Assembly: GCA_964187785.1 (NCBI GenBank)
Contig: OZ076409.1
Location: 26,164,001 to 26,228,000 of the forward strand
Length of the DNA stretch: 64,000 bases
Source: Amphiscolops sp. MND2022
Lineage: Eukaryota
Direction of reading: 5' to 3'
Positions within the stretch are counted from its first letter, which is position 1. The number at the start of each line of letters is the position of its first letter. The notes under the pieces are model-generated. The model worked only from the letters and a program-made list of their open reading frames with translations, ran no database searches and was not told the DNA's origin. Below are positions 1 through 13,600 of this stretch, piece by piece. A program made the position numbers and the translations under genes.

Positions 1-3000
1 AACTATCATGGGATTGAGAAAAATCAGAGAAATTTTCTGGTATAATTTTCATGTAAAAATTATCCCCGAAAGACGGTAAAATAATAAAAATACTGATTTT
101 TGCGAGCGATCGAGGCTCGTTAAACCAATGATATTTGAGTAGCGAGGCGTTGTGAACCAATCAGATTAGAGAATTCTTTGCATTCTGAGCAACTAAGTCG
201 CATTCTTTCTTCACACCACTGTAGAACCAGTTCATTTCTATAACGCGGGAGGAGGGCGAAAAAGGGATTTTGCATTGGTTATTTTGTTCCCAGTGAGAGA
301 AAGCCCTTTGAAGCCCAAACTTCATTTTTGGCAGAGATTTCAGCTCCAGCGGGGCACCGACTTATGCTGTTTCCGGCTACAATGCCAATTATATAACTAA
401 ATGGTAAAAAATGGTCGGCTTGAAGCTGTCATTTCGAGGTAACTTATGCTCTGACAACTAGACCATGATCCTAAAAATTTTGAACTTTCTGGATCATTTT
501 ACACCTTTGAAAAAAATTCATGACCACTTCTTTGGTGCTGATAGCCTAATTAGCTAATTTTTAGCTGTTTTCTTTTCCCACTATCTGGATCTTCTCATCC
601 GAACATCTTTTTCGGTAAAAAGCTTCATTTCTTTTTAAAAAAGTATACAAAATCACGAAACGTCTCTTTTTTTCTGTGAATTTTTTAACGCACGCTAACA
701 TCCAAAACCGGATAAGAAATGCAACAAACAGACAAAAAGAAAAATTTCATTTTTTTTTCATTTCACGCAAACCTTTGATGAAAAAGCACTAGTTTTTGTT
801 GAACTCAGTGAAAACTTTGACAATTTGCGGCATTTTTCCAGGCATTCTCGAGTCTTCCAAAAAGTGTTCTAAATAAGCAATAGTTTTTACAACTATACGG
901 TTAATATCCGGGGTAGAAAAATAACCGGTATCCGGTAAATTCTTTTCTGTTTACAATCAATCCTATTTAGAAGACCTTTTTGGACTGTAATTCCAATAAA
1001 TAGTCTTGAACGTTATTTCCAACTTGCTCTGGACGTTATTTCCTCCAACCGTTTCTCTGCGTCTTCCATGCAAAAACAAATTGTGTTCTCTTGCGGTGTA
1101 TTCCTTTGTAGTTTGCTGGGAATTTTTGACTTATTGCAGCTCTTTTGTTTTCAGTACCATAAATCAGAACGAAAAGCTAAAAAGGTATTTTCATCATTCG
1201 CCTATAAAGCTAAACGTGATGTCATTATCTGCTGATGCCGCCGCTGCTAAACCTACTAATGGTTTGAGGCTGGTCGTACATGTATTAACAGTTGATGTGA
1301 AGTTGATGACATTAAGTTTATTTTTGCATGATATGAACAGAAAATTAGTTGCAGGTTTTAGAGTTTCATAGAAACGGATAGTGATTAACAATTGAAATTA
1401 GTATTCAAACTGATGCGAAGTAACCGTGTAACTAACTTTCAAAAAATTCACTCGAGTTTAAAGTCATACAGAATTGATTTAAGCAGATTTGAATCACGCG
1501 TGAACAATTAAATGCAATTTATGTAGAATGGAAACAGGGCTATCATGAAATCCTCGACAAAGGGAAGTCGACCAGGAGACCCAAGAGACCCAACCTCCGC
1601 GAAGATAAATTACAAATTGAGGGAGAATTTCTATCTGCCCTCTAATGACCTTTCTGAATGAATACTCGTTTTTTAGCGTCGTTAATCAGCGGGTAAAATA
1701 AAATTTGCGTGACAATAAATTGATACGATTCGTGGCAATTTTTGAATTAATTTGTGGGAGTGAAAAGGGATGAATGAAAGAGGCAAAACAAATCCATTTG
1801 CCTATTATGAGTACAATGACTTGATTTATGCACCTTTACTGGCTGTTGATAGGCACAAAAAGTTGATTAAAAAGCCTTGGTCGCCTAATCTCCATTCCCT
1901 CTCTGCCTAATTAAGGGGACGACTGAGTCACATGGCATCTTTTGTAACGTGAATGAGGTTAGTGGCTCTGAGACACTCAACATCCCTGGCTGGACCCACT
2001 CTGAGTTGCACTTCATTTGACAACAGAACTTCGTTTTTCCTCTCTTTTCTCCTTCTTTGTCTCTAGCCTCTCTGGTCGGTCTTCTAATCAATCCCTTATT
2101 ATTTCCATGTTCTCCATAAGCCAATGGATGTGCTCCAATTATCGTGACAACATACCTACTCCGAAGTGCGCCGCCCAAGCACTACTACGTCGCTTCTCAG
2201 CTATAATCCCTCCTACGCCTTACGGCGTATATACACGTAGGTATGTGTATTCTGCCAATGCCCAGAAAGTCTCCTTGCACTCAGATCAACTTAAATTTCA
2301 CGCAGGGCATCATTATTGCAATTGCCAACATCCGGTCCTACTGTACTGAGTGCACCCTGCATTAAATGAATCGAGACCCAACTTTTCACTTCCTCTATGA
2401 AAACCCCCCGTCTGGAGAGAAACAATTCTCACGATACCACCGCCACCACTACTAGCTGATGGCCGGTCTGTGAAATCAATTCAGCTCTGATAATATTCCC
2501 ACGCCTCTTTCCACTGTGGGATTCAAAATTGAATCGTCTCTTACTTTTTACCTGTTAATCACGGTCAGAAAAGTACGCACGCTTCTACATTCTTTTGTAG
2601 GTCAGTCCGAAAATGCAGCTTGGGTCCATTCTCGATTGATTTTACCAACAATTTTTGTTCTAATTACTGAATTTGTGGAATATCAGCTACTTGAGATGTT
2701 CAGCTGGGGGCTTATTTTGCGACATTGTAAATGCGATTACAGCAGGTCAAAAAACTGCTAGTGGAGGAATTTGCATTGCAGCAACGTAAGTGTGACCGGG
2801 TACAGCGCTGCAGCTTTAAGAGCAGAGCCGTCGTTTTCCTGTTATTTACCAGTCGGCGCGCGCTGCCCATTTGATAGCAAGAAGCGTGTTCCCTAATCAG
2901 GAGGTCGCGCTGTGTTATGCAAAATTATCGGTCGTACTGAATGAAGAGCATTAGCTGCTATTTTTCTTCGGCGTCAATCCGAATGTTGTACCAACGGAAA

Positions 3001-4223
3001 AAAGGAAATGAGTCATTGCAAGTCTATTCATTCACACTTTATTGTCAGTTTACCCTTGGATGCAAAAGATTGATAACTTTATCACGTCTTTTTCTTATTT
3101 CCACTTTTAAAAAGATAGACCTCATTTTTGCTTGATTTCTGGGAAGAAATTAATTCTCATTTAGCTTCCTCACTTCACTGATAGTTATAAGCAACCTTTG
3201 TTCTTTATCTGCCGTTTCTCGATATTTATAACTGAGACAGATACGTTGCACTTTTAATTCTCCACCTCCTTGTTGAAGAGATTGGAAAAATTGAGCCATG
3301 TATCCGTTTTGTTGGTCAACCTGTAATTCCATTTAATTCCGTGCAAATATAAAAATGATGTTCTTACTTTGGGTGACTGAACAAATTGATTGACAGCTGC
3401 AGATTATGTAATTTCTTCACTGGGTTACTCACCCCTGGTGCAGTGAAGGCATCGCAGTGTTTTAAATGGGCGCAAATGTATATTCCTGACCGGAAATACG
3501 ATATCTTTTAAACCAACATGTTGTAAGCGATCGTTCATATTCATTAAAACACGACCGTTCCTTTTTCCTGTCCTAACTATAAAAATTTTATATATCTTCA
3601 CGTCGAATTCGTTTTTCGTTTTACGACTGTGAACAAAAAAGGAAGAGCGCCTTATTCTAGTTTCTTGCCACAATGGAAACCTTTTATGCTTCGAGTTGAT
3701 TGCAATACGCAATATAATTGTCTCTCAATGGCCCCGTACCGAATTAAAGTTTGACGGCGGACGGAACGCAAGTTTGTAAATATTGCGACTACATGGAATA
3801 AATATGTAGTAGTCTGTTTCTTCAGTTGGTCACAATTTACTCTTCCGAAACCGGCGTGAGAAAGTACCATTAACGTGATAGAAGTAATTACAACATTACT
3901 GAAGTGAAATTACCACCCTCACAAGGCCCATTGAACGAACAACAGCCAGTGTAACGCATTCTTGGAAGCATTCAAGTGGCTTCAAATTGTCAAAAACTGT
4001 GCCATTATTGGAGCCAGCAGTGCTTTGACATAGTTTCATGTTCTTTTTAACCAGCTGGCTTCAAAATACTGTTGGAAGAGTTATATTCCTTCAAACACCC
4101 TTTGTCTGTACATTGAATGTTATCAAATGCTCTTTACAGTTCTATCACAGTTAACGCAAATTGTTGGGCAGTTTCTTGGAACCTTTTATTAAAAGGTTTG
4201 ATCACAGATTGTTTGGTGTTACC

Positions 4224-4793
4224 ATGGAGTTACGTAACACAAAACCGTCGTCGTCTAAAGATGGCGTACCGAGCGCCAATTGTGACGTAACAAGTGGCGA
4301 CAGGTACCCACTATGTCCGGATCTGTACTGTTCCGGACTGGACTGTGCTCAACAAATAATCAATAACCGGCGACAACAATCCAGTAAGTTGAGGAGAAAC
4401 CATTCCATGTCTTTGGCTGGCAAAGCAATCATGCGGCGGCACAAAACAAAGAGCTACCCTTACACAACTGCAAATATCATCAACGCACCACTGCAGTACC
4501 ACCCTAATAATGACCAAGCCTCAGACACTGGTTATACTGCTCAAATGCAAGATGAACCCCTAAACGCCACTACATCACTGGGTCAAGGCCACGAGGTACT
4601 ACCCTCCTGCAATCCGAGGGTCCCCGTAGAAGGAATGACATCATCAAGTGTTGTCACGCCCTTTGACCAAAGTGAACTCTCCATGACTAATAGTCAGATA
4701 TCTGCTGCCGCTGTCTGCCCACTCACCTTAAACACATCATATCCTCCGATGCCTGTTCCATCATCCGCTGGATCCGATTCCGGTCCGAATTAG
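4224..4793 (+). CDS. Candidate coding block (189 aa, Ser/Pro/Thr-rich, no recognisable domain); possible first exon of a long ankyrin isoform or a separate small gene
   Basis: accATGg at 4224, in frame with track ORF 4161-4793. Visibly GC-richer than its flanks, with an abrupt return to AT-rich sequence after the TAG. Possible phase-1 donors at 4384 (CCA|GTAAGT) and 4783 (CCG|GTCCGA). Confidence 0.45.
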   Translation: MELRNTKPSSSKDGVPSANCDVTSGDRYPLCPDLYCSGLDCAQQIINNRRQQSSKLRRNHSMSLAGKAIMRRHKTKSYPYTTANIINAPLQYHPNNDQASDTGYTAQMQDEPLNATTSLGQGHEVLPSCNPRVPVEGMTSSSVVTPFDQSELSMTNSQISAAAVCPLTLNTSYPPMPVPSSAGSDSGPN

Positions 4794-5244
4794 TTCAATC
4801 TCGCTTTTTTTTCAATCGTTGCCACTTAATTTGTGTATAGTAAAAAACATATATGATTTTTCCATATAGATGAAAACAAAACATGATCAATTTTAATCGT
4901 TATTGCTTGTAAACAACGTTAATTTTGATATGATAAATTGAAAATCACATTAGCACATCAGGTTTAATTTTTCTCTGAAATGAAAATCCTTTTGGGAAGT
5001 TCTTTTCCTGAGGAACAATACTTTGCTATGGCCTTGAGTGTTATCAATTTTATCACACAATTCATTCTTCAGGTTTACAATCTCTGTGTGAGTCATGCTC
5101 ACTAATATGTTAAATCTAGATGAATTATCTGAACTTCTGGTAAAGTATATTCAAAGAAATTCAAAGGAAAATTATTTAAAAATTTGAAGAAATATATTGA
5201 AGACTTTTCAAGAATTCAGTGATCGAGTTTGAACGAGTTTTTAG

Positions 5245-5603
5245 GTGTGAGTGTTGGAATTTCTCCCAGCGGCCAAAATGTCTCCAGCCAGTCAAATGCA
5301 CACAAATTCAATTTGCGGGCAGTCAATAAATTTGATGAAAGCCTTTTTTCGAACTCAGACAGACTAAGAGAAGAAGATTGTAAAAGCTCAGAGATATCTC
5401 CGCCACCAGATAATACCAGTCGTAAAAATGTTCCATTTCAAATTGGAAAATGCAAGTCTCGACAGTCTGAGCAGCAGAATCCAAGTTTCCCTCTAAGGAG
5501 TCGTCGACTGAAGAGAAAAGAGCTGCTCAAAACGGCTGCCACTTTACCTTTTCCTAGAAGTACAATCTACGCAATCACAATAATATCAACTCCTCCATCA
5601 TCC
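5245..5603 (+). CDS. Candidate internal exon (Ser/Lys/Arg-rich, disordered)
   Basis: Within ORF 5229-5609. Acceptor ttttag|GT at 5244 (phase 1) and donor TCC|GTATGA at 5604 (phase 0). Confidence 0.35.
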
Positions 5604-5724
5604 GTATGATTTTTTCAAAGCAAATGATGGATAATGTATGCAAAAATAATGTAATACGTTTTGGAAAATGTTCAAGTCTTGAAAATGTTTTTCAAAGTTT
5701 CGTGATGTTTGGGAGTCTGAATTA

Positions 5725-7464
5725 TTGTGTTTGCGTCATATAGCAGTCTCAGCTGCCGCCTTCGAGGTGGGGAGTTTGCTAAGCAGCGCTTCCAACCCGG
5801 AAATCTCATCTACCAACTCACCCGAGTTTCAGCGTCGTTTCAGTCATCAACCTTTACGACACTTTAAAACTCCTGCTTGTTTACCGGACTTGCTCACCCA
5901 CGAAAATAATCCATATCTAGTCAGCCAGGATCCCTCAGATTCTTGCCTTGTGCTCCACAATTCTCCCATCTCGTCTCCTGCTCTTGCCAGCTATGGCTTT
6001 AAATCAACTCAAACTCAAACATCCTTCTCAGGGTTTCGACTGGTCAATAGTCGAAGAGGCTCTTTTGAGTACGAAAACTATTCCGAGTCTTCCGTTATCG
6101 GACGAAAAGAAAAGTCTCGTAGAAGCTACGTCGTCCAAGAATCACCGGTTATTCACACTACAACTAGTGTTCCTGCTGAATCTGTGCTGATCGAAGTAAA
6201 AACTACGGTTGTCACCCAGATTCCTTTTGTCTTTCCGTCTTCAAGGGTATATACTACGGAGCAAACTTTCAAAGACACATATCACAACTCAAAAAACGCC
6301 CCAATGCAAAGTCGTTCGAGAAACGAACCACGCTTCCATACTGTCCATGCAAAGAAGTCTTCCCAAGATTACCATCCTACACGTCCCCCTCCTAGAACAC
6401 ATAGAAAAACTCAGAGCTCAGAAAATATCCTATTTGAAAATCAGTTTCTTCGAAATTATCAGAACTTACCTTTGCCTTTAGTTGGCATACGACACAGCAG
6501 TGCTGATTTATGGAATGATTATTTCCATCGTAACAAAGTTTGTCAAAACAGCTTGTTCAACCTACAATCAAAAACAGAATTCGAGAAACATCGTGGAAAC
6601 ACGTCGTTTGTGTGGAATTCAAACCTAAATAAATTTATACAAAATCAATTTGATTTGTCAAATCAAAAACCAAACCGACGGTGCTCTGTTCCCGTTTTTC
6701 TTCAGGGCTATAAAACTCCACAAAGCAGTCTACCTCCCAAACCTGAAAGAGTTGTTCGTCGAGCTTTTTCTTCAGTTCCTAAATGTGCTCCTCTAACAAT
6801 GGCCCCGTTGGCTTTTGATCGGTTCCAAGATGACTCATTGACTGCTGATCAGAATTCACGCTTCATGGGCCCAATGTCACACCTACCTTTGTATAGACTA
6901 TACGATGGAGCGTTGTCCCGAATGGGTTCAGATCATCGTAAGGCCAACAAAAAACCTACCAAACAAACCACCAATGTGTTTTCTAAAGCGATCAACAAAG
7001 TGGGAAAAATGTGTAGCCGTGATAAAGGTCGGAATAATTGGCCTAAATTGAAAACCTTGAACGAAGAAAGTGAATGCAGTCAGTCATATTGCTCAAGAGT
7101 TAATACTAAATCCCAGAACTCAACCTTGGACCGAAACGTTGAGAGGTTCGGAGGCCAAACTAGCAAGGGTCTGCTGATAGCATGTCCTTCGTACGAGCAG
7201 CTGAATACTGCACATAACAACAGCTTCTCCAGTGATTTTCACAGCAAGCGCTGCTTCTCATGGCACTCTTTCCCCCGCAATATAAACATGCCTTCTAGTG
7301 TAGAGCCTGATATGGAAGACCCCAATTTAATTAGTGGCCTGTACAATAACAGTAGTCACATTTACACGTCTCCAACTAATACTCTTCCCTCGTGTAGTGG
7401 AGCTACTGCGAATAATTCCAAGAGCAAACCTCGCTTTTTAGCTAACAAACAGGTAGCTTTTTAA
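5725..7464 (+). CDS. Large Ser-rich low-complexity ORF (579 aa); candidate 1.7-kb exon (about 5747-7452) upstream of the ankyrin repeats
   Basis: 1,740 nt without a stop in AT-rich DNA. No ATG near its 5' end, but tandem AG acceptors at 5743/5746/5752 (all phase 1). Phase-0 donor CAG|GTAGCT at 7453, four codons before the stop. Contains RRFS, RRGS and RRCS motifs. Confidence 0.55.
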   Translation: MCLRHIAVSAAAFEVGSLLSSASNPEISSTNSPEFQRRFSHQPLRHFKTPACLPDLLTHENNPYLVSQDPSDSCLVLHNSPISSPALASYGFKSTQTQTSFSGFRLVNSRRGSFEYENYSESSVIGRKEKSRRSYVVQESPVIHTTTSVPAESVLIEVKTTVVTQIPFVFPSSRVYTTEQTFKDTYHNSKNAPMQSRSRNEPRFHTVHAKKSSQDYHPTRPPPRTHRKTQSSENILFENQFLRNYQNLPLPLVGIRHSSADLWNDYFHRNKVCQNSLFNLQSKTEFEKHRGNTSFVWNSNLNKFIQNQFDLSNQKPNRRCSVPVFLQGYKTPQSSLPPKPERVVRRAFSSVPKCAPLTMAPLAFDRFQDDSLTADQNSRFMGPMSHLPLYRLYDGALSRMGSDHRKANKKPTKQTTNVFSKAINKVGKMCSRDKGRNNWPKLKTLNEESECSQSYCSRVNTKSQNSTLDRNVERFGGQTSKGLLIACPSYEQLNTAHNNSFSSDFHSKRCFSWHSFPRNINMPSSVEPDMEDPNLISGLYNNSSHIYTSPTNTLPSCSGATANNSKSKPRFLANKQVAF

Positions 7465-9585
7465 CAACCTAATTTTCACTGTCTACTGATTTTCATGATT
7501 GTCGTCTGCCACTCAACATGTTTAACTGTTATTCATTATGTCTCAAAACAGACCGTATTCCTAGAGCAACTCAACTTGGCGATGCAATGCTGAGATCTTG
7601 CTTTCATGTTTAGTCAATTTTTAAAGAAAAACAATTTCTGTAAGAAGTGAGTAATAATAAACTGAGAATTTAGGCAGAACATGAGTTTTCGTGGAAGCAA
7701 GTTATATCAAATGATCAATTTGAGAAAGAAAATGCAAAAAAATGTACCATTGAATGCTGCTTGTTGAAATTGATTTACATGTAAATTGATAACAATTGTA
7801 TATAAATGTATACATTATATGCTGCTTAGAAAACAGCGTTATAATTATTTAAATAATATGGGTTTCGGCCTCTGCTTCATTCCCAATAATGAAAAAAGTA
7901 CCAGTGAGAATTGTATACTAGAGTATACCAAAAAAATTCCCTTATCTTGAATATTTTGTACCCGTTTAGGCCTATTCTACTAATTCAAGTGAACAAAAAA
8001 CTGCCCTTGCTTTGAATTTGCCATTTTCAGTTCAGGCCTATGCTTCACAGTTGAATGCGTGCACTCGCACATTTACAGTAAAAATGCTTGGAAGGCGAAA
8101 AATTCTAAACATGCATTTATCAGAGTTCAACTATCGCTGATGATTATGTGCTCTTTAAAGCTGTTTGAAAAATCTGCAATGCATGTGACGTATCGGAATA
8201 AATTTCTCAAAATTTAGTTATTCAAGTTTTCGCCCTTCAATCATCGCAGAGTATATATATATTGCCTAACTAGCTAAAATAATTTTCCAATGATTTTTAT
8301 CTTCCCGAAGCCAGGAAATTTTGATGACTGGAGTTCTTTGTCAGTTTATGAAAGATTGTGTAAGGTGTAATGAAAATTTGCGTAATGTTATTAAATTAGT
8401 AAAATTAACTTTTTTCCAGTCAAATGTTTTGAAAATGGTTCGATATGATTCATTTCCTTCGCTAACTCTTAGCAGCTACGTTTAGATTTTATTGACATGA
8501 ATCTTGTAGTGTTCACTAATTCATCGTTTGGTGTCAGTATTGAGTACCAGTATACTCTCCAGTGAAACTTTTTCAGTTTAAATTTCTTTCACAAAATTTA
8601 AAATGTTCAGAGAAAGCTTCGAGAATGGAAAAATTTACTTCTGGATTTTTTTGTAAGTTTTATCCCGAACTTGTGTTTGAAAATATGTTTAAAACCTATT
8701 TGGAAGGTTTTTTCAATAGCAGAATTTTTATTGAGCCCCGATGGGGCCGGTTTTCGTCAATCAAAAGTTGTCCCAAATTTCTCAACCGTGAAACATTGAT
8801 AATTGATAAATGAAATCATATTTGAATCATTGGGTCGTTGCTTCAAACTGCGTATCATACTAACAAAATAATTTCTTGGAAATGGTCCTAATGTTATGCA
8901 AATTCCCAGTAAAATAATCTACATTCATGTGTGTGGTCATTTTTTTGCTCCAGAAAACGGCTGCTGGTGAAATTGTACCGGATTACTTATTCAGTTCATT
9001 ACTGCAAGCTAGAGTGTGAAATATAACCATGAAAATATTTATGGAATTTTGTGACCCACCATGCGTGTGCTAACATTTCCGTCTGCAATTTACGCACCTC
9101 TGATTTTAACTGTTCTTGGCAACATTAGATACGCCGCGAATATAGTCCTTCTACTATAGATAATTGCTCTTCCCTATGTAGAACAAAACATTATTCTTTT
9201 GCATTCATTTTTGAGGCTCGACTCAAAAGACTTTTTAACTGATTTTTGCAAGTCCTGCAGTTGATGATAACTGCAAAGTTGTAACTGTGAATGTCATATC
9301 CAAAATACCTGCTCTTCGCCGCTTTTAAGACCCTTTCTCAAATTCAACCAGATGAATTATGTAATGTTACCTGTGCCAGACGTAGAGTATTATTGAATTC
9401 GATTTCCTGTTTACTTCTGCTCCAATTTGATGTCGGTGAAAATTTGACAGATTCGAATTGAGAGTTCTCATTAAAGCTCAAGTGTTGCTGGAACGTTGGT
9501 AACGGCACGGTGTTCTTGTGAATTGTTGTTCAACATAAAAATCATTCTCATTCAACTGAACTACCCCGATTATGAAATCAGCCGA

Positions 9586-10325
9586 TTTTTAGGAGTCGGA
9601 AAAAAAATTCGACTACTTTTGCACTCGTACCTTTTTTTCTCCCTACCTTTCAATGAAAATTCCAATTTCTCAAAACTATCGATACTATTTTTATAAAATT
9701 TAGCACTGTCATCTACACCCAAAGGTGCTCCTGTGTGCGCAATGACATGAAAATATTATGACTGGGATCGGAGAAACATAGCCAGAATTAGTCCAAAAAT
9801 GGGTGTCAGGACATTTCATCCTATGCAATTTCAACCTATGCGATTTCAACCGTTGCAATTTCAACCGCTCACAATTTCAACCTATTACATTTTCAACCGT
9901 CCGCAATTTCGACCTAAACTAATTTTGGCTAATGGATCCTGATTAGTTACATAATTATTTGGGTGGTTTTACCTTTCATACATTTCTAAATTGAAATGTG
10001 CTAATTTTTACGGAAATTTTGATACATTTTAGCTTTTTCATGAATAATTGCCATTAATTAAGGCTGGTTGATTCATTAGTAATCATTGAACTGAAATAAA
10101 AGCTCAAACGAATGAAGACTAAATAGCCAAAATTAATAGGTAGAAATTGCGGACAGTTGAAAATGCAATAGGTTGAAATTGTGAGCGGTTGAAATGGCAG
10201 CAGTTGAAAATGCATAGGTTGAAAGTGTATAAGACGAAATGTCATGTAACCCAAAAATGACAAAAGACGTAATTCGTTTTTCAATATTTCAATCAGTTTC
10301 CGACTCCTCTACCGCGGCCCTGTTT
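9586..10325 (+). mobile_element. Helentron/DINE-1-like non-autonomous element, family A, interrupted by a MITE
   Basis: Starts TTTTTAGGAGTCGG, ends CCGACTCC-tcta-CCGCGG-ccctgtt. Interior resembles the copies at 37841-38223 and 40769-41585. Confidence 0.55.
9802..10251. mobile_element. Foldback-type MITE, GG...CC ends, 8-bp TSD, arms built of tandem ATTTCAACC units
   Basis: Left end GGTGTCAGGACATTTCATC versus reverse complement of right end GGTTACATGACATTTCGTC. CAAAAATG at 9794-9801 and 10252-10259. Confidence 0.8.
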
Positions 10326-10368
10326 GAGTAACCTCTTGAGTAACTGTTTTTACTAAACTGGTATCAAC

Positions 10369-10671
10369 ATGTTTTACCAACAACAAGTGACTTTGGTGAA
10401 CAGATTGTACAGACAACAGTTTAACATTACCAACAACTATCTTGACTTTCAGCCCCAAGTTGACCCGGTCACCAAGTACCTCCGAGCTGCCCGCAATGGC
10501 CGCCAAGATGAGATGGCGTCTCTGTTGCACCAGTTTGCAAACCACGGGGTCCAGGTCGACGTCTGCAACTCCAGTGGCCTCAATGCTCTCCATCTGGCGG
10601 CGAAAGAGGGGCATCTACACATTGCAAAGATGCTGCTGGATGCTGGCATCAACATACAAGCTGAAACTAAG
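10369..10671 (+). CDS. Ank: Ankyrin exon A (ANK1-2); starts at ATG 10369 or at the phase-0 acceptor at 10453
   Basis: KYLRAARNG...[14 protein letters not shown]; donor AAG|GTGCGT at 10672; internal acceptor cttgactttcag|CCC at 10452/10453. Confidence 0.9.
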
Positions 10672-13600
10672 GTGCGTTTTATCATCATAGGTTGATGATG
10701 CACAGTTTAATCACATTTTAGACTAGAGACCCGGGATATTTTCCGCCTTTACATGAAATATTGTAGCAACTGAAATGGTAACGGAGAAACCAATGATTTT
10801 ATTCCTTAAGAAATTCGAATTCAAATTTCTCCAAAAGTTTGTACGCTATGGAACTGATTTTATTGTGGACTCTGTGAAAGGACCTTTATCTCTTGACTAT
10901 TAAATTATATTATTGCTAAAAAAACCGCGGCCGAGAGAAAAATTCTCTTCTGAAAGATATCCCATGATATCAAATCGGGGCGGAAAATTGTCTGTTGGCG
11001 CTCTCGAAACTATGAAATGCATTGAGGATGCCAAAGTTTGTCGTATATAAAAATCATGGGTTGCTCAGCTATTGGCGTGGATTCTTAGTTCGACATAGCA
11101 TCTGATAAATTGGTTTTCAAGAAGCTGTTAGCATGTATGTCTAAAATCCATCAGGTGAAAAATAAGCCGAGGTAACGAAACCACAATGGTGTGAACTACC
11201 TCAGGTTTATTCGTTCTCTGTACTTCTTAAGATGAAGTGCGTGTGCCAACATTCTAACATTCAGAATATTTAATTAAAGCCTAATTATCATACGGAGTTC
11301 TCTTACTCCAGAAGCTCAGCTCTCGTGGACATTAAACCCACTTAGTTAACTCATTAATTACCCGAGGATAGGAAGACTGTAGAACAGGAAGTTTTGCAAT
11401 GACGTCATAGTTCTGAGGTAGTCTTGGCTCCACATAGATTCAAAAGACAATATTGCCCATTTGGATTATCTCACTTGACATTTAGTTTGTTTGCGCTACT
11501 TCTTTTTTTTGGGCTTGAAGTGCGCAATTGAACAAATAGGAAAGGAAATAATTGGCGTGGTAAGCTAACAGGGAATAAACAAATGTACAATTTGTCAAAA
11601 CAAGGCTGCGTTTATTGCGATGGCACTGTGACAAGTGCTAGAAGCAGTTATTTGTTTCCTCACTTGGATATGATGTTTAGAAAACTAAGTCGTTAACCAC
11701 GCGCTGCCTGTTCTGCCTTGAAGCACAATGACCATTTCAGGTCTTCAGGTCTTGTTCTTTCTTGTCTTCAATATTTGCTTGTCAAGGTAGATGGTAAGCT
11801 AATTATTGGGAACGCGCGGTCTCTGCTCCCGCCCGATTCAATGTATACCCATTCCTCCGTCATTTCGAAACCTCAGGGCTTTCAACGCTACGTGTTTGAC
11901 ATTTTAGTTAAGGTTCCTTAAAAATTTAACCAACCAAGATGCTTCAAGCAGTTCTTTCATTAGCGCAAAGGTAACAAAAAGGCCTCGTTGTTTGAGGCTC
12001 GAAAAAAAATTTACATGTCATACAGAGTAGCAAATCTGCACCATAATCGCATGTGGTTTCGAATGCTGCTGGTTTCAATAGAAACTTAACGAAGACCGTG
12101 TCTGAAATTTATAAAACTGATTGGTTTGATAACAGTGCAAAGTTTAGTAGGAAAATTAATTGGGATGGAAACAAAAAGCTAGTGCAAAAGTAGATGAAAA
12201 GATTTTACACATGCTCTAAAATAACCACCAAAAAATGGAGATTATCTGTTGCTTAATTGTATTCTGCTCCAAGCTATTCCGTGCTTATTGGCAATCCATA
12301 GTTTCATTGAGCAGTAGAATCAGGGTTGACTTTTTAAAATGCTGATAAAAATGCACTTTTAAACATGGGAAATTATTGTGAAATATCATGAAAAACATTT
12401 TTGGTGTGAAGCTTTTTTTGTTATTTTCCGCCCATATTCCACATAGGAAAGGAAAATATTTAAATCAACCTGGTTTTTTTCCACAAAATTTGCCATGTTC
12501 CAAATAAATATTCAAATTGAAAGGTGTCACCCATAGAATTCAACTCACATAAAGTAAGCTTCGTTATGTATTTGTTGAGATTTTTGAACTTTTATGCAAT
12601 TTTTGTCAAATTTTCGATAGACTTCGTGGATTAGAATGTTGAAAAATCACTACTTGAGATTGAATAAAGTGAACGTTTCGCGAAATTTTGGTTCTTCGCG
12701 TTACACTTTGAATTCCTGCGAAACTTTTGACTCTCAAATGAAATAAAAAAATTTCCAAAAAAGGCTCGCTGTCCATTTTTTTGGGAAGCGATCAATTGTC
12801 TAGAAAACCATTCCCTTTATTGTGTGTCAAACATATTTTGCCTCTATTGTCAACCATTTTCAAGTTCTTTTTGTAGCCATATAAATAACCTTACGAAACG
12901 TGATAACACTTTGCTACCCGACAAACGGAAGGTGCCTTTCTGCAGCAACAAGGACAATCCGATCGAATGAACCCAAGTAAAAGAAGTTGGATTAAACGCT
13001 TTAAAAATATCCGATTTTTAACTTAAAAATTACCATAGTTTTGTTACAATCCAGTTTGTTAAAATCGTCATTTGTCAATGGAAAATTTTGAACTCACGTT
13101 TCTGTGAAGTCTCCTTCAAGCGAGCCTTGCCTCTGGTCTCACGGTTTTTGTTTATTCCCAACAATCCGTCATTGGATGTCAGTTCAACGCCTCAGCTAAA
13201 ATATCTGTCAAAATTTAAGTTGAAATTTCACGCCAAAATCTAAAAGGTTTGATTGCATGTTGAATCAGAATTATATTCTCATACATGTTTGAAAATTGCG
13301 TTGTTTCCTTTGGAGCTCGTGCTATCCTGTAGTGGTGGGAAGCATTTGTCCTTTTGAAAAGGTTTTGAATTCTTTGCGACTTCAGACGAGTACTAAGTAA
13401 TTAATCCTATTTTGTACGGCATGGCCAGGGATTTTTCACCGGGATCATCTTTTGAGGCGGAAAACCTTGAACTTTTCAAAATGTTGACCTCTTTTCGGCT
13501 TGAAGTAATCATTTTAAGTGCGTAGTAACATTCAAAGTTCTTATCCTTTGAAATGCATCACTAAGTTATAATGAGAGCGTTGGAAACCACTGTGAGATCT

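Noticed and set aside
1006-3870. Short ORFs and GC-richer patches (2000-2480, 2760-2930) as genes or an ankyrin promoter
   Set aside because: No domain similarity or consistent splice pattern; a promoter cannot be supported without start-site data.
10297-10368. Acceptor aatcag| at 10296 as the start of ankyrin exon A
   Set aside because: In-frame TAA at 10354-56, and the sequence is the 3' end of a family A element.
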